A program made the position numbers and the translations under genes. A DNA stretch of 32,000 nt from Crocosphaera subtropica ATCC 51142 (GTDB taxonomy: Bacteria; Cyanobacteriota; Cyanobacteriia; Cyanobacteriales; Microcystaceae): positions 1,530,001 to 1,562,000 of the forward strand of contig NC_010546.1 of the NCBI RefSeq assembly GCF_000017845.1. Reading direction: 5' to 3'. Of the stretch, positions 1 through 8,337 are shown piece after piece (within the stretch, counting starts at the first letter, position 1; the number at the start of each line of letters is the position of its first letter). The notes beneath the pieces were generated by a model that saw only the letters and a list, made by a program, of their open reading frames with translations, was not told where the DNA came from and did no database searches.

Positions 1-118
1 ATTCTTCTCAACAAGAATCAGTCAATTCCTATGCTAATGTTCCTGTTCTTTAACTGTTCAAAAGCTTGACTTTTCATTGCAATTGCCTTAAACCCTAATA
101 CAAAGAGAGTGAGCGTTT

Positions 119-2293
119 ATGTCTTCAGACTCCTTTAACTCAACATTATCTAACGGTGAAGTTAATCCCCCTATTAATATATTATTGGTTGAAGATGTGG
201 CCGAAGATGTAGAGTTAATTCTTCTCTCCCTTGATAACGCTGATCTCAAATTTACTTACGATGTTGCTGAAACTGTCACCATCTATGAAGAAAAACTACA
301 ACATAACACCTATGATGCGGTACTAGCCGATTATCGCCTTCCTGGATTTAATGGCTTAGAAGCCCTAGCAATTCTACAACAATCAGGGCAAAAAATCCCC
401 TTTATCCTCGTTACAGGAAGCTTAGGGGAAGAGGCAGCCGTCGAATGTATCAAAGCAGGGATTACAGATTATCTTCTCAAAGATCGTCTATTTCGCTTAC
501 CGAATATTTTAAAGCGATCGCTGGAGGAATTTGCCTTGCGTCGGCAACAACAACAGGCTACCCTTGAACGACAAAAAGCAGAAACAGCCCTGAGAGAAAG
601 TGAACAACGGTTTCGGGCCTTGATCGAAAATGCCATCGATATTATCCTTATTGTCTCTTCAGAAGGAAACTTGACTTATCTGAGTCCCTCAGTCAAACGA
701 ATCTTAGGTTATGATCCCGTCAGTTTAATGGGTCAAGGTTTTTGGGATTTGATTCATCCCGACGATCAAGAGGCTGTCAAACTGGTTTTTGATAGGATTA
801 AAGGCAAAGCCAATCAATCTACTGCTATATCCGAGTTTCGGGTTCAGACTGATGATAACCGTTGGATAATTTTAGAGGCGATCGCCAAAAACTTAGAGAA
901 TGATCCCACAGTGGCAGGATTTGTTATTAATTGCCACGATATTACCGAACGTCATTACACAGCCCAACAGCTAAGATATGATGCTTATCACGATAAATTG
1001 ACCGGTTTAGCTAATCGTTCGGCCTTACTAGAACAATTAAAACAAGCCATTACTCGAAACCAACGACGCAGAGAAGATCATTTTGCGCTTCTTTTTCTTG
1101 ATTTAGATCGCTTTAAAGTCATCAACGATAGTTTAGGCCATTTAATGGGAGATGAACTCCTGAAAAACACAGCCCAACGCCTTGAACACTGTCATCGAGA
1201 AGGGGACTTATTGGCAAGATTTGGAGGCGATGAATTTGTTTTTTTATTAAGAGATATTCAACAACCCCAAGAGGCTATTATCGTTGCCCAACGTATTCAT
1301 GAAGTTCTCAAAGCCCCTTTTACCCTCAATAATCGAGAAATTTTTATTTCTGCGAGTATTGGCATTACGATTAGTACGGATCGTTACGATCATCCTGAAC
1401 AAATATTGAGAGATGCGGATGCAGCCATGTATCGGGCTAAGGCAAAAGGAAAAGCTTGTCATGAAATTTTTGCCCCAACAATGCACCTATCAGCCCTCAA
1501 AGAATTACATTTAGAAAGTGATCTCAGACAAGCCATACAACGAAAAGAATTAGTCGTTTATTATCAACCAATTTTTCGTCTAGATACTCAACAAATTATT
1601 GGGGCTGAAGCCTTAGTTCGTTGGCATCCGCCAGGTAAATCGTTGATTCCCCCTAACGATTTTATTCCCATAGCCGAAGAAACCGGCTTAATTATTGATA
1701 TTGATCGTTGGGTTCTTCAATGTGCTTGTCAACAACTGCATCAATGGCAAAAAGAGTTTAAAGATTTAGCCCCCCATTTTATTAGTGTCAATCTTTCTCC
1801 AAAACAGTTTTCTGACCCTTATCTAACAAATACAATTACTGAAATTATCTCCGCAACGGAACTCCCTAAAGAATATTTGAAACTAGAAATTACAGAAACA
1901 GTGTTTTTAAAAAATTCTAATACTGTTTTAGAAATTTTATCTCAATTGCAACAATTAAATATTCAAATCTGTCTCGATGATTTTGGAACTGGTTATTCTT
2001 CTCTGAGTTATTTACATCGTTTTCCATTAAATAGTTTAAAAATTGATCGTTCTTTTGTCAGTCATTTAGGACAAACCACTAAAAATGATGCTATTGTTCG
2101 TATTGTGGGTAGTTTAGCCAATGAACTTGAGTTAGAATTAATTGCTGAAGGCATAGAAGAAAGCTATCAAATAGAAGCTTTGAATCATTTAGGTTATCAA
2201 TGGGGACAAGGTTATTATTTTTCTCCTCCAATTGATGATCAAGCTTTTAGTCTTTTATTAAAAAAAAATAGAATTTATACCCCTAATAAGTAG
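119..2293 (+). CDS. Multidomain c-di-GMP signalling protein: CheY-like receiver + PAS + GGDEF + EAL
   Basis: 724-aa ORF. Receiver signature: INILLVEDVAED, acceptor Asp in VLADYRLPG, LVTGS, KAGITDYLLK. PAS-like segment: RFRALIENAIDIILIV. Diguanylate cyclase motif RFGGDEF, preceded at canonical spacing by an RxxD I-site (REGD). EAL motifs: EALVRW, DDFGTGYSSLSYL, KIDRSF, AEGIE, QGYYFS. Confidence 0.92.
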   Translation: MSSDSFNSTLSNGEVNPPINILLVEDVAEDVELILLSLDNADLKFTYDVAETVTIYEEKLQHNTYDAVLADYRLPGFNGLEALAILQQSGQKIPFILVTGSLGEEAAVECIKAGITDYLLKDRLFRLPNILKRSLEEFALRRQQQQATLERQKAETALRESEQRFRALIENAIDIILIVSSEGNLTYLSPSVKRILGYDPVSLMGQGFWDLIHPDDQEAVKLVFDRIKGKANQSTAISEFRVQTDDNRWIILEAIAKNLENDPTVAGFVINCHDITERHYTAQQLRYDAYHDKLTGLANRSALLEQLKQAITRNQRRREDHFALLFLDLDRFKVINDSLGHLMGDELLKNTAQRLEHCHREGDLLARFGGDEFVFLLRDIQQPQEAIIVAQRIHEVLKAPFTLNNREIFISASIGITISTDRYDHPEQILRDADAAMYRAKAKGKACHEIFAPTMHLSALKELHLESDLRQAIQRKELVVYYQPIFRLDTQQIIGAEALVRWHPPGKSLIPPNDFIPIAEETGLIIDIDRWVLQCACQQLHQWQKEFKDLAPHFISVNLSPKQFSDPYLTNTITEIISATELPKEYLKLEITETVFLKNSNTVLEILSQLQQLNIQICLDDFGTGYSSLSYLHRFPLNSLKIDRSFVSHLGQTTKNDAIVRIVGSLANELELELIAEGIEESYQIEALNHLGYQWGQGYYFSPPIDDQAFSLLLKKNRIYTPNK

Positions 2294-2565
2294 AATCGTT
2301 CTGAGGAACGCACATCAAGAGAGGGAACAAATAATTTGTCTAAAATGTACTTTAATGACTTGCAAATTGCTGTAAAGTGCGGTTCGTTGTTAATGAACAG
2401 TGTAAAATGATTTATCAACTGGATAATGAAACTCTATACAGTAAGGCAAAAAGCTGGATAGAAGTTACTCCTGGTACTAAAATTTCTCTGAAATCAGAGA
2501 TAATAGGGATTAACAAGCAGGTTAATCAGGATAAGTAGTCTTGAAGTGTTATTAAGCCAAAATTG

Positions 2566-4119
2566 ATGAATCGAAAAACCCACGGGGCGATCGCAGCCGG
2601 ACATCCTAAAACGGCACAAGCTGGTCAAATCATGTTTGAATTGGGAGGGAATGCTTTTGATGGGGCGATCGCTGCGATGTTAGCCTCTTTTGTAGTGGAG
2701 TCTACGTTAACGTCTCCGGCTGGAGGGGGATTTTTGTTAGCCCATACCCAAGACAAAAAAAGTATGTTATTTGATTTTTTTTGTCAAACCCCTCGCCTTA
2801 AAAAATCGATTGAGGAGATTGATTTTTATCCCGTTAGTCTTAACTTTGGTGGGGCTATTCAAATGTTTCATATTGGTCGTGGTTCGGTGGCAATTCCTGG
2901 TAGTTTAATGGGATTGTTTGAAGTTCACCAAAAACTAGGTAAATTACCCTTCTCTGTGGTAATAGAACCGGCCATTAACTATGCTAGACATGGTTATGAA
3001 ATCACTCCCTATAATCGAGTTACTTTTGAAATCTTAGAACCCATTTTAAGGGCTTCCCATGAATCTCAAAAATTGTATTTATCCAATGATAAGTTATTAA
3101 GTATAGGAGAGAGAGGTTATCTTAAAGACTTTGCTAATGTTTTAGAAGAATTGGCTAAAAAAGGGATTCAAGAATTTTATCAAGGGGATATTGCTCAGCA
3201 AATGCTACAAGATATGAAAGAAGGAGGGTATTTAATCAAAGAAGATTTAGTTAACTATCGTGTCATTAAAAGAAAACCTCTGAAGATTAACTATAGAGGC
3301 TATGAATTATTAACCAATCCCCCTCCCAGTTCAGGAGGAATTTTGATCAATTATGCCCTAAAACTTCTAGAAACCGTTGATGTCAACTGCTTTAATTTTG
3401 GTAGCAACAAGCATCTACAATTATTAGCCACTGTGATGGCATTAACCAATGATGCTAGAAAAATAAACTATGATAATTATGTTTATGAAGAGAATATTAT
3501 TGAGCAATTTTTAAGTCACAAAAATCTTCTTGATTCTCAAAATAACTTACAAAAAGTCATTAATAAATGGGGAAGTACCACCCATATTAGTGTCATCGAT
3601 GAAGACGGTAATGCAGCGAGTGTAACTAATTCTAATGGAGAAGGGTCTTCTTATGTTATTCCCAACACGGGAATTATGCTCAATAATATGTTAGGAGAAG
3701 CAGATTTAAACCCCTTAGGATTTCATCGTTGGCGTTGTGATTGCCGTATTTCTTCAATGATGTCTCCTACCCTGATTCTTAAAGACGGAAAACCGGAAAT
3801 TGTCTTAGGTTCAGGAGGTTCAAATCGAATTAGAACCGCTCTTTTACAGGTAATTTCTAACTTATTAGATTTTGATTTTTCTCTAGAAGAAGCTATTAAT
3901 CAACCGAGAGTTCACTGGGAAAATAATCTTTTTAATGTAGAACCTAGAGAACAATTAGAAACCCTTGAAAACTTAAAACTACCTCCAGAAACAGAGACTA
4001 TTCTGTGGCAAGAACTCAGTATGTTTTTTGGAGGCGTTCACGGAGTGAGATTCAAGGACGATCATTCTTTAGAAGCCACAGGGGATATCCGCAGGGCAGG
4101 AGTTGGCATTGTTTGTTAA
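2566..4119 (+). CDS. ggt: Gamma-glutamyltranspeptidase
   Basis: Taken from ATG 2566; the track starts one codon earlier at TTG 2563. Family hallmarks: GGNAFDGAIAA near the N-terminus, PPPSSGG, nucleophile-Thr context GSTTHISVIDEDGNAAS, MLNNMLGE, GSGGSNRI. Confidence 0.85.
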   Translation: MNRKTHGAIAAGHPKTAQAGQIMFELGGNAFDGAIAAMLASFVVESTLTSPAGGGFLLAHTQDKKSMLFDFFCQTPRLKKSIEEIDFYPVSLNFGGAIQMFHIGRGSVAIPGSLMGLFEVHQKLGKLPFSVVIEPAINYARHGYEITPYNRVTFEILEPILRASHESQKLYLSNDKLLSIGERGYLKDFANVLEELAKKGIQEFYQGDIAQQMLQDMKEGGYLIKEDLVNYRVIKRKPLKINYRGYELLTNPPPSSGGILINYALKLLETVDVNCFNFGSNKHLQLLATVMALTNDARKINYDNYVYEENIIEQFLSHKNLLDSQNNLQKVINKWGSTTHISVIDEDGNAASVTNSNGEGSSYVIPNTGIMLNNMLGEADLNPLGFHRWRCDCRISSMMSPTLILKDGKPEIVLGSGGSNRIRTALLQVISNLLDFDFSLEEAINQPRVHWENNLFNVEPREQLETLENLKLPPETETILWQELSMFFGGVHGVRFKDDHSLEATGDIRRAGVGIVC

Positions 4120-4125
4120 ACTTCG

Positions 4126-4566
4126 TTACATTGGTTTCAAGACTCGAATAAACTCCAAGGGTAAACCATCCCGATCAGCAATAAAAGCCACCTCATAAAC
4201 GGTTTGGCCAATCATTTGCTGTTCAGGTTCAAGTAAAATCGTTAGGGGGCAAAATTGAGTCGGATCTTGCTGAGAACACTCAGTGAACTTAGTTTGTAAT
4301 GCTCCCAACCAAGTGGTCAGATCCGAGATGCGATCGCTTAAATCAAAAGAGAGATGATAGTACCCCACATAATGCTCATCCCCAAAAGCATCGGGGGCTG
4401 GTTTGGGTTCAGGAATTTGAATCAGTTCAATTCTGCCCCCTAACCCTTCCATCCAACAGGCTAGGGTATAACCCGTGGTAAACCGTTCTTTAACTGTAAA
4501 CCCTAATAGTTCATAAAAAGCGATCGCATGATGAATATTAGCCGTGCGAATGGAAGCATGGTGCAT
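4126..4566 (-). CDS. VOC (glyoxalase/bleomycin-resistance/dioxygenase) family protein
   Basis: 146-aa ORF. It begins MHHASIRTANIHHAIAFYELLGFTV, typical of the first beta-alpha-beta-beta-beta module of VOC proteins. It lies 2 nt downstream of the preceding minus-strand gene, so it is probably co-transcribed. Confidence 0.7.
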   Translation of the reverse strand: MHHASIRTANIHHAIAFYELLGFTVKERFTTGYTLACWMEGLGGRIELIQIPEPKPAPDAFGDEHYVGYYHLSFDLSDRISDLTTWLGALQTKFTECSQQDPTQFCPLTILLEPEQQMIGQTVYEVAFIADRDGLPLEFIRVLKPM

Positions 4567-4568
4567 GA

Positions 4569-5072
4569 TTATTCAAATAACCGAAAATAAGGATAACGCT
4601 TAGGAACCCCAGGCTCTTTTTCTAAGTCAAAATTAATAACCTCCCAATGGGGTTCTTTGGGAATATCGGGGCTAAATTCCACTGGCAAGCCATATAACCG
4701 AGGCACAGACTGAGAATTTCCACGCCAAGACGTGTTACGCTCTAAATAGGTACTGACCAAGTCTTTATAACGGTTGGCGATAATCACCTTGGTTGCTCGA
4801 TATCCTTGGGTATAGAGTCGATCCAGGGCTTCATGAATCTCAAAGCGAATGCCATCGGGGTGGGTATGTTGTCGGTACCATTCCCCTTCCCACCGTCTCC
4901 AGTGCCTACCAGACTGCAAATGAACTAACTCATTATTCTTCGGGTTAGCTTCAAAAGCACCATGACGAGGACATAGGTAGGTATCGGTCAAGGTTAAAGC
5001 AGGAATTACTTGACGACAATGGGGACATTGGATTTCTGGCCCATAAATAGGGTATTGTAAACTTAGAGTCAT
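4569..5072 (-). CDS. Conserved hypothetical protein with N-terminal zinc-ribbon-like CxxC...CxxH motif
   Basis: 167-aa ORF with no competing frame. It contains CPHCRQ...CPRHG near the N-terminus. I recognise no enzymatic motif. Confidence 0.6.
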   Translation of the reverse strand: MTLSLQYPIYGPEIQCPHCRQVIPALTLTDTYLCPRHGAFEANPKNNELVHLQSGRHWRRWEGEWYRQHTHPDGIRFEIHEALDRLYTQGYRATKVIIANRYKDLVSTYLERNTSWRGNSQSVPRLYGLPVEFSPDIPKEPHWEVINFDLEKEPGVPKRYPYFRLFE

Positions 5073-5298
5073 CTGTTTTTAGTTGTCTATAACTGCACTG
5101 GGTGGTCTAAATGCCTGTGCAAAATCGATTGTGTGTTGTGAGCAGCAGGGCAGACCAGAGTTTCTCAGCAGCAAGAAAAGGCAAAAAATTCTTGATTCAT
5201 GCTGGTGATCTCCTTAGACCCGTTGCTAGTAGCTATTATATCGACTAAATCCCAGTCGCCTCGATCCTACCGCGAGATTTTAGATTTAGCTTAGATTT

Positions 5299-5844
5299 AT
5301 GCCAGACCCCTTATTTCCCCTTCCTTCTTATTGGCCACCCCCTGATCTCTCTCAAGCTGCCTTTATTGCCCCCAATGCGGTGATTGTGGGTGAGGTGGAA
5401 ATTGCCCAAGGAGCAAGTATTTGGTATTCGGCAGTTCTACGGGGTGATGTAGAAAAAATAAAAATTGGAGCCTATACTAATATTCAAGATGGAGCGATTC
5501 TTCACGGTGATCCAGGGGAAATTACCTGTTTGGAAGAATACGTTACCATTGGTCACCGAGCCGTCATTCATGGGGCTTATATCGAAAGAGCTTGTCTCAT
5601 TGGCATTGGGGCGGTTATTTTGAACGGCATTAGAGTGGGAACTGGCAGTTTGATCGGTGCCGGTGCCATTGTTAATAAAGATGTGCCACCACGATCGCTT
5701 GTGGTGGGGGTTCCAGCCCGACGGGTTCGAGATTTATCGGAAAAAGAAGGGGAAAAAATCATCGAACACGCTAAACGCTATCAACAATTAGCCTTAGTCC
5801 ATGCTGACAAAGGGACAGATTTGGGATTCACAAATGAACCCTGA
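5299..5844 (+). CDS. Gamma-class carbonic anhydrase-like / left-handed beta-helix (hexapeptide repeat) protein
   Basis: 181-aa ORF with a YrdA/CaiE/PaaY-like pattern: FIAPNAVIVGEVEIAQGASIWYSAVLRGD, ILHGD, IGHRAVIHG, LIGIGAVILNG, VVGVPARRVR. Confidence 0.85.
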   Translation: MPDPLFPLPSYWPPPDLSQAAFIAPNAVIVGEVEIAQGASIWYSAVLRGDVEKIKIGAYTNIQDGAILHGDPGEITCLEEYVTIGHRAVIHGAYIERACLIGIGAVILNGIRVGTGSLIGAGAIVNKDVPPRSLVVGVPARRVRDLSEKEGEKIIEHAKRYQQLALVHADKGTDLGFTNEP

Positions 5845-5909
5845 TAAGCTATAAATAGAAACATAATTTTTTCATTAAAGTCCCATAACAAGTAACAGAG
5901 GAAAAAACA

Positions 5910-6029
5910 ATGGATTGGCGTGTTTTAGTAGTGTTAGGACCGATTCTCATTGCAGCCGGCTGGGCAGGTTTTAATATTGCTGCTGCAGCTATTAGACAAG
6001 TACAAGGGTTCTTTAATAAAGAAGCTTAA
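5910..6029 (+). CDS. psbY: Photosystem II protein Y
   Basis: 39-aa ORF that I translated by hand because it is below the ORF-track cutoff: [39 protein letters not shown]. It has the MDWRV start and a single TM helix, as in cyanobacterial PsbY. An AGAGGA Shine-Dalgarno lies about 8 nt upstream and a strong terminator follows. Confidence 0.82.
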
Positions 6030-6054
6030 TTTTCCATAATTACCCATTTTACTG

Positions 6055-6113
6055 AGAGGAGCGTTTAAAGGTCTGTCTTTTCTAGACTTACAAAAAAACG
6101 CTTCTCTTTTTTT
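6055..6113 (+). terminator. Rho-independent terminator after psbY
   Basis: A 12-bp stem pairs AGAGGAGCGTTT (6055-6066) with AAACGCTTCTCT (6096-6107), with one G-U pair. A run of T residues follows to about 6113. Confidence 0.6.
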
Positions 6114-6162
6114 AATATTTATAGCAGTTTCCATTTGCATAGATTCAACATGAAAATACAGA

Positions 6163-6225
6163 CTCCCTCTGCTTCCCCTCTCCCTACTCACTTCACAGTA
6201 ACGTTTATTTTTGTCTAGGTACTTA
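6163..6225 (+). repeat. Dispersed ~65-bp repeat, copy 1 (C/T-rich head + conserved core)
   Basis: Core CTCACTTCACAGTAACGTTTATTTTTGTCTAGGTACTTA (6187-6225) differs at 3 of 39 positions from the copy at 17843-17881. It is clearly related to the inverted copy at 30066-30128. All three copies are preceded by a C/T-rich tract. This copy ends 3 nt before the pyrF ATG. Confidence 0.75.
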
Positions 6226-6228
6226 TCG

Positions 6229-6927
6229 ATGTCTGTTACTGATAAAATTATTGTTCCCTTAGATGTTCCCACAGAAGCAGCGGCGATCGCTTTATTGGAT
6301 CGCTTGCCGGATGTGACGTTTTGGAAAGTGGGATTAGAATTATTTGTGGCCACAGGCCCAACTATCCTCAAAGAACTTAAAAAGCGACACAAAAAGATTT
6401 TTCTTGACCTAAAATTTCATGATATTCCCAACACCGTAGCAGGAGCTTGTGCTAGTGCTTCTGAGTATGGGGTTGATTTAATGACCCTTCATGCCACTGC
6501 TGGAAAAACTGCCCTCAACGCAGCCACCGAAGCCATTGCCAAAAGCCCCTCACCCCCCCAATTATTAGCCATCACCCTCCTCACGAGCCTCAATTCACGG
6601 GATCTGGCATTCGACCTAAAAATCCCCCTAGAACTCCCTGAATACGCACTACAGATGGCTTTACTTGCTAAAGATTCAGGCATTAATGGGGCGGTATGTT
6701 CCCCCCAGGAAGTCGCCCAACTCAGACAAGTGTGTGGTAAGGATTTTGTGTTAGTCTGTCCTGGGGTTCGTCCTAACTGGGCTAATACAGGAGATCAACG
6801 GCGAGTGATGACTCCCAAACAAGCTCTAGACGCAGGGGCTGATTATTTAGTGATTGGTAGACCCATTACAATGTCAGATGATCCTGTTATGGCCTGGAAT
6901 CGTATTATTGATGAAGTTAGCACTTAG
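6229..6927 (+). CDS. pyrF: Orotidine 5'-phosphate decarboxylase
   Basis: Motifs [41 protein letters not shown] prefer ATG 6229 over the track's TTG 6211, which lies inside the dispersed repeat. Confidence 0.9.
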   Translation: MSVTDKIIVPLDVPTEAAAIALLDRLPDVTFWKVGLELFVATGPTILKELKKRHKKIFLDLKFHDIPNTVAGACASASEYGVDLMTLHATAGKTALNAATEAIAKSPSPPQLLAITLLTSLNSRDLAFDLKIPLELPEYALQMALLAKDSGINGAVCSPQEVAQLRQVCGKDFVLVCPGVRPNWANTGDQRRVMTPKQALDAGADYLVIGRPITMSDDPVMAWNRIIDEVST

Positions 6928-7489
6928 AAATCAAAACCCAGACACAAGAATCAGAAAATTGCTCAATATTGCACTGATAACGGTTCTTAGCTTTGTTTCT
7001 GTTGCCTCACCCATACAAGCCTTTTCTAAACGCAGTGAAACTTGTCCCTCGGATGTGGAAACCTTAATGACTCGGATGTTAAAAGATTTACCCGGTTACA
7101 GCAACCGAGTGGCACAACGGTCTAGAATTGGCGATCGCAGTGTCGAGATTTATAACTACATTTTAGTGGCAGGAAACCCAGAATTTGAACCTTTGCCCTT
7201 AAGTAATTTACAATATGAACCTGAGTTACCCGATGAAACAAAACAGGTCTTTTTTACCACATTAGAACGACAATATACACCCACAGAAGCCATTTTATTA
7301 CAAAACTATTATTGGTTATTTTTAACCCCAACCTCTGAGGGATGGCGACTCGTTTTATTATTTTCTCAATTGGCTGATTTAGAACAGGGTGATCTCCCTT
7401 TACCTCCCCAAAATGCCATGAATGGAGCGATCGGTCAAGGGATAAAACTATGGTTAAAAGATTGTCGAGCCGGGGTTTTAAAACAGTAA
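6911..7489 (+). CDS. Hypothetical exported protein (signal peptide)
   Basis: Start moved to ATG 6911 (MKLALRNQ...), which overlaps the pyrF stop by 17 nt. The hydrophobic segment [23 protein letters not shown] looks like a signal peptide. No recognisable domain. Confidence 0.55.
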   Translation: MKLALRNQNPDTRIRKLLNIALITVLSFVSVASPIQAFSKRSETCPSDVETLMTRMLKDLPGYSNRVAQRSRIGDRSVEIYNYILVAGNPEFEPLPLSNLQYEPELPDETKQVFFTTLERQYTPTEAILLQNYYWLFLTPTSEGWRLVLLFSQLADLEQGDLPLPPQNAMNGAIGQGIKLWLKDCRAGVLKQ

Positions 7490-7501
7490 ACTTTATACAT
7501 T

Positions 7502-8281
7502 ATGATGATTGAACCTTCAGGTGAACAACGAGAGATCAAATCTTTAGGAAGTGCTTCTATCGATGGCACGCCTTTAGATTATATTGTGGTGATGTCGGCG
7601 GTGGTGACAGTGCTGGCGTTTATCCCTTTTTCGATTACCATTGGATCGGGTGGGATCTTTCCCCTCAGTCAAGGTATTTTTCCCCTTCTCGGCTGGATTT
7701 TAGGCCCGGTGGGGGGTGCATTAGCCAGTGGTATCGGAACGCTCATGGGGGTGTTCTTAGCCCCTCACACCGCAGGTATTCCTCCCGTGTCTATTTTTGG
7801 AGCAATGGTAGCCAGTTTTGCTGCTGGTTGTATGGTCATTGGCAACAAACGCCGATATTGGTGGTTTGGGATGACTATTTTGTTTGTTATTGCCTATTTT
7901 CTTTATATCTCTCGTGCCATGAATAATGGGGTTTCTCTGTCTGTGATTATTAAGGGATCTTTTATTGATTGGTCGGGGTTATTATTGTTTATTTTACCCA
8001 CTCGAATTTTATTTGCAAAATGGATTAATAGCGAGAATTTACGGTTGGTTTGGTTGGGTTTATTTTTTGGTAGTTGGACCATTGCAGGAGTTTATCATAT
8101 TGCTCAAATTGTTATTACTTACGCTATGTTTAACTGGCCTGAAGAAATTTGGATCTTTTTAATTCCCATTATGCCATTAGAAAATTTAGTGCGTTCTTTA
8201 GTGGGGGCATTTATTGGGGTTCGGGTTATTTCTGGACTTCGGGCAATTGGGATCATGAAACCTGAAGCAGCAATTTATTAA
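7502..8281 (+). CDS. Polytopic membrane protein, probable substrate-binding (S) component of the adjacent ECF transporter
   Basis: 259-aa ORF with about 6 hydrophobic helices and Gly-rich helix faces (GWILGPVGGALASGIGTLMGVFLAP), typical of ECF S components. It sits immediately upstream of the fused EcfA-EcfA and EcfT genes. The substrate cannot be inferred. Confidence 0.55.
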   Translation: MMIEPSGEQREIKSLGSASIDGTPLDYIVVMSAVVTVLAFIPFSITIGSGGIFPLSQGIFPLLGWILGPVGGALASGIGTLMGVFLAPHTAGIPPVSIFGAMVASFAAGCMVIGNKRRYWWFGMTILFVIAYFLYISRAMNNGVSLSVIIKGSFIDWSGLLLFILPTRILFAKWINSENLRLVWLGLFFGSWTIAGVYHIAQIVITYAMFNWPEEIWIFLIPIMPLENLVRSLVGAFIGVRVISGLRAIGIMKPEAAIY

Positions 8282-8284
8282 TTT

Positions 8285-8337
8285 TAGAATTTAGAATGTA
8301 GAATTTAGAAAAACTGAACACTGATAACTGAAAAACT
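8285..8337. repeat. Two abutting heptanucleotide tandem arrays (STRR-like)
   Basis: TAGAATT TAGAATG TAGAATT TAGAAAA (8285-8312) is followed directly by ACTGAAC ACTGATA ACTGAAA AACT (8313-8337). Together they fill nearly the whole spacer between the S-component stop and the ATPase ATG. Confidence 0.85.

Noticed and set aside
1247-1486. Short antisense or alternative-frame track ORFs embedded in well-supported genes: 1247-1486, 4299-4481, 5577-5762, 6489-6683, 7965-8162, 8763-9014, 10030-10239, 11044-11226, 11750-11932, 13307-13501, 18933-19121, 19242-19442, 22383-22628 and 31094-31291.
   Set aside because: Each lies wholly inside a longer ORF that has clear family motifs. None has a recognisable domain or an obvious ribosome-binding site.
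5095-5235. A possible structured ncRNA (SRP/6S-like) in the 226-nt divergent intergenic region. GGTCT..GCCTG (about 5106-5120) can pair with CAGGGCAGACC (about 5147-5157). The stretch GAGCAGCAGGGCAGA loosely resembles the SRP RNA 3' strand.
   Set aside because: I found no GNRA-capped domain IV helix, no CCAGGUCAGG-type 5' strand and no terminal helix closing the molecule. The pairing I found is short and has competing alternatives. A covariance-model scan (Rfam/Infernal) would be needed.
5934-6392. A 152-aa minus-strand ORF in the track.
   Set aside because: It overlaps psbY on the opposite strand, the psbY terminator, the dispersed repeat and the 5' end of pyrF. Its composition is low-complexity and I recognise no motif. 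I treat it as a shadow ORF.
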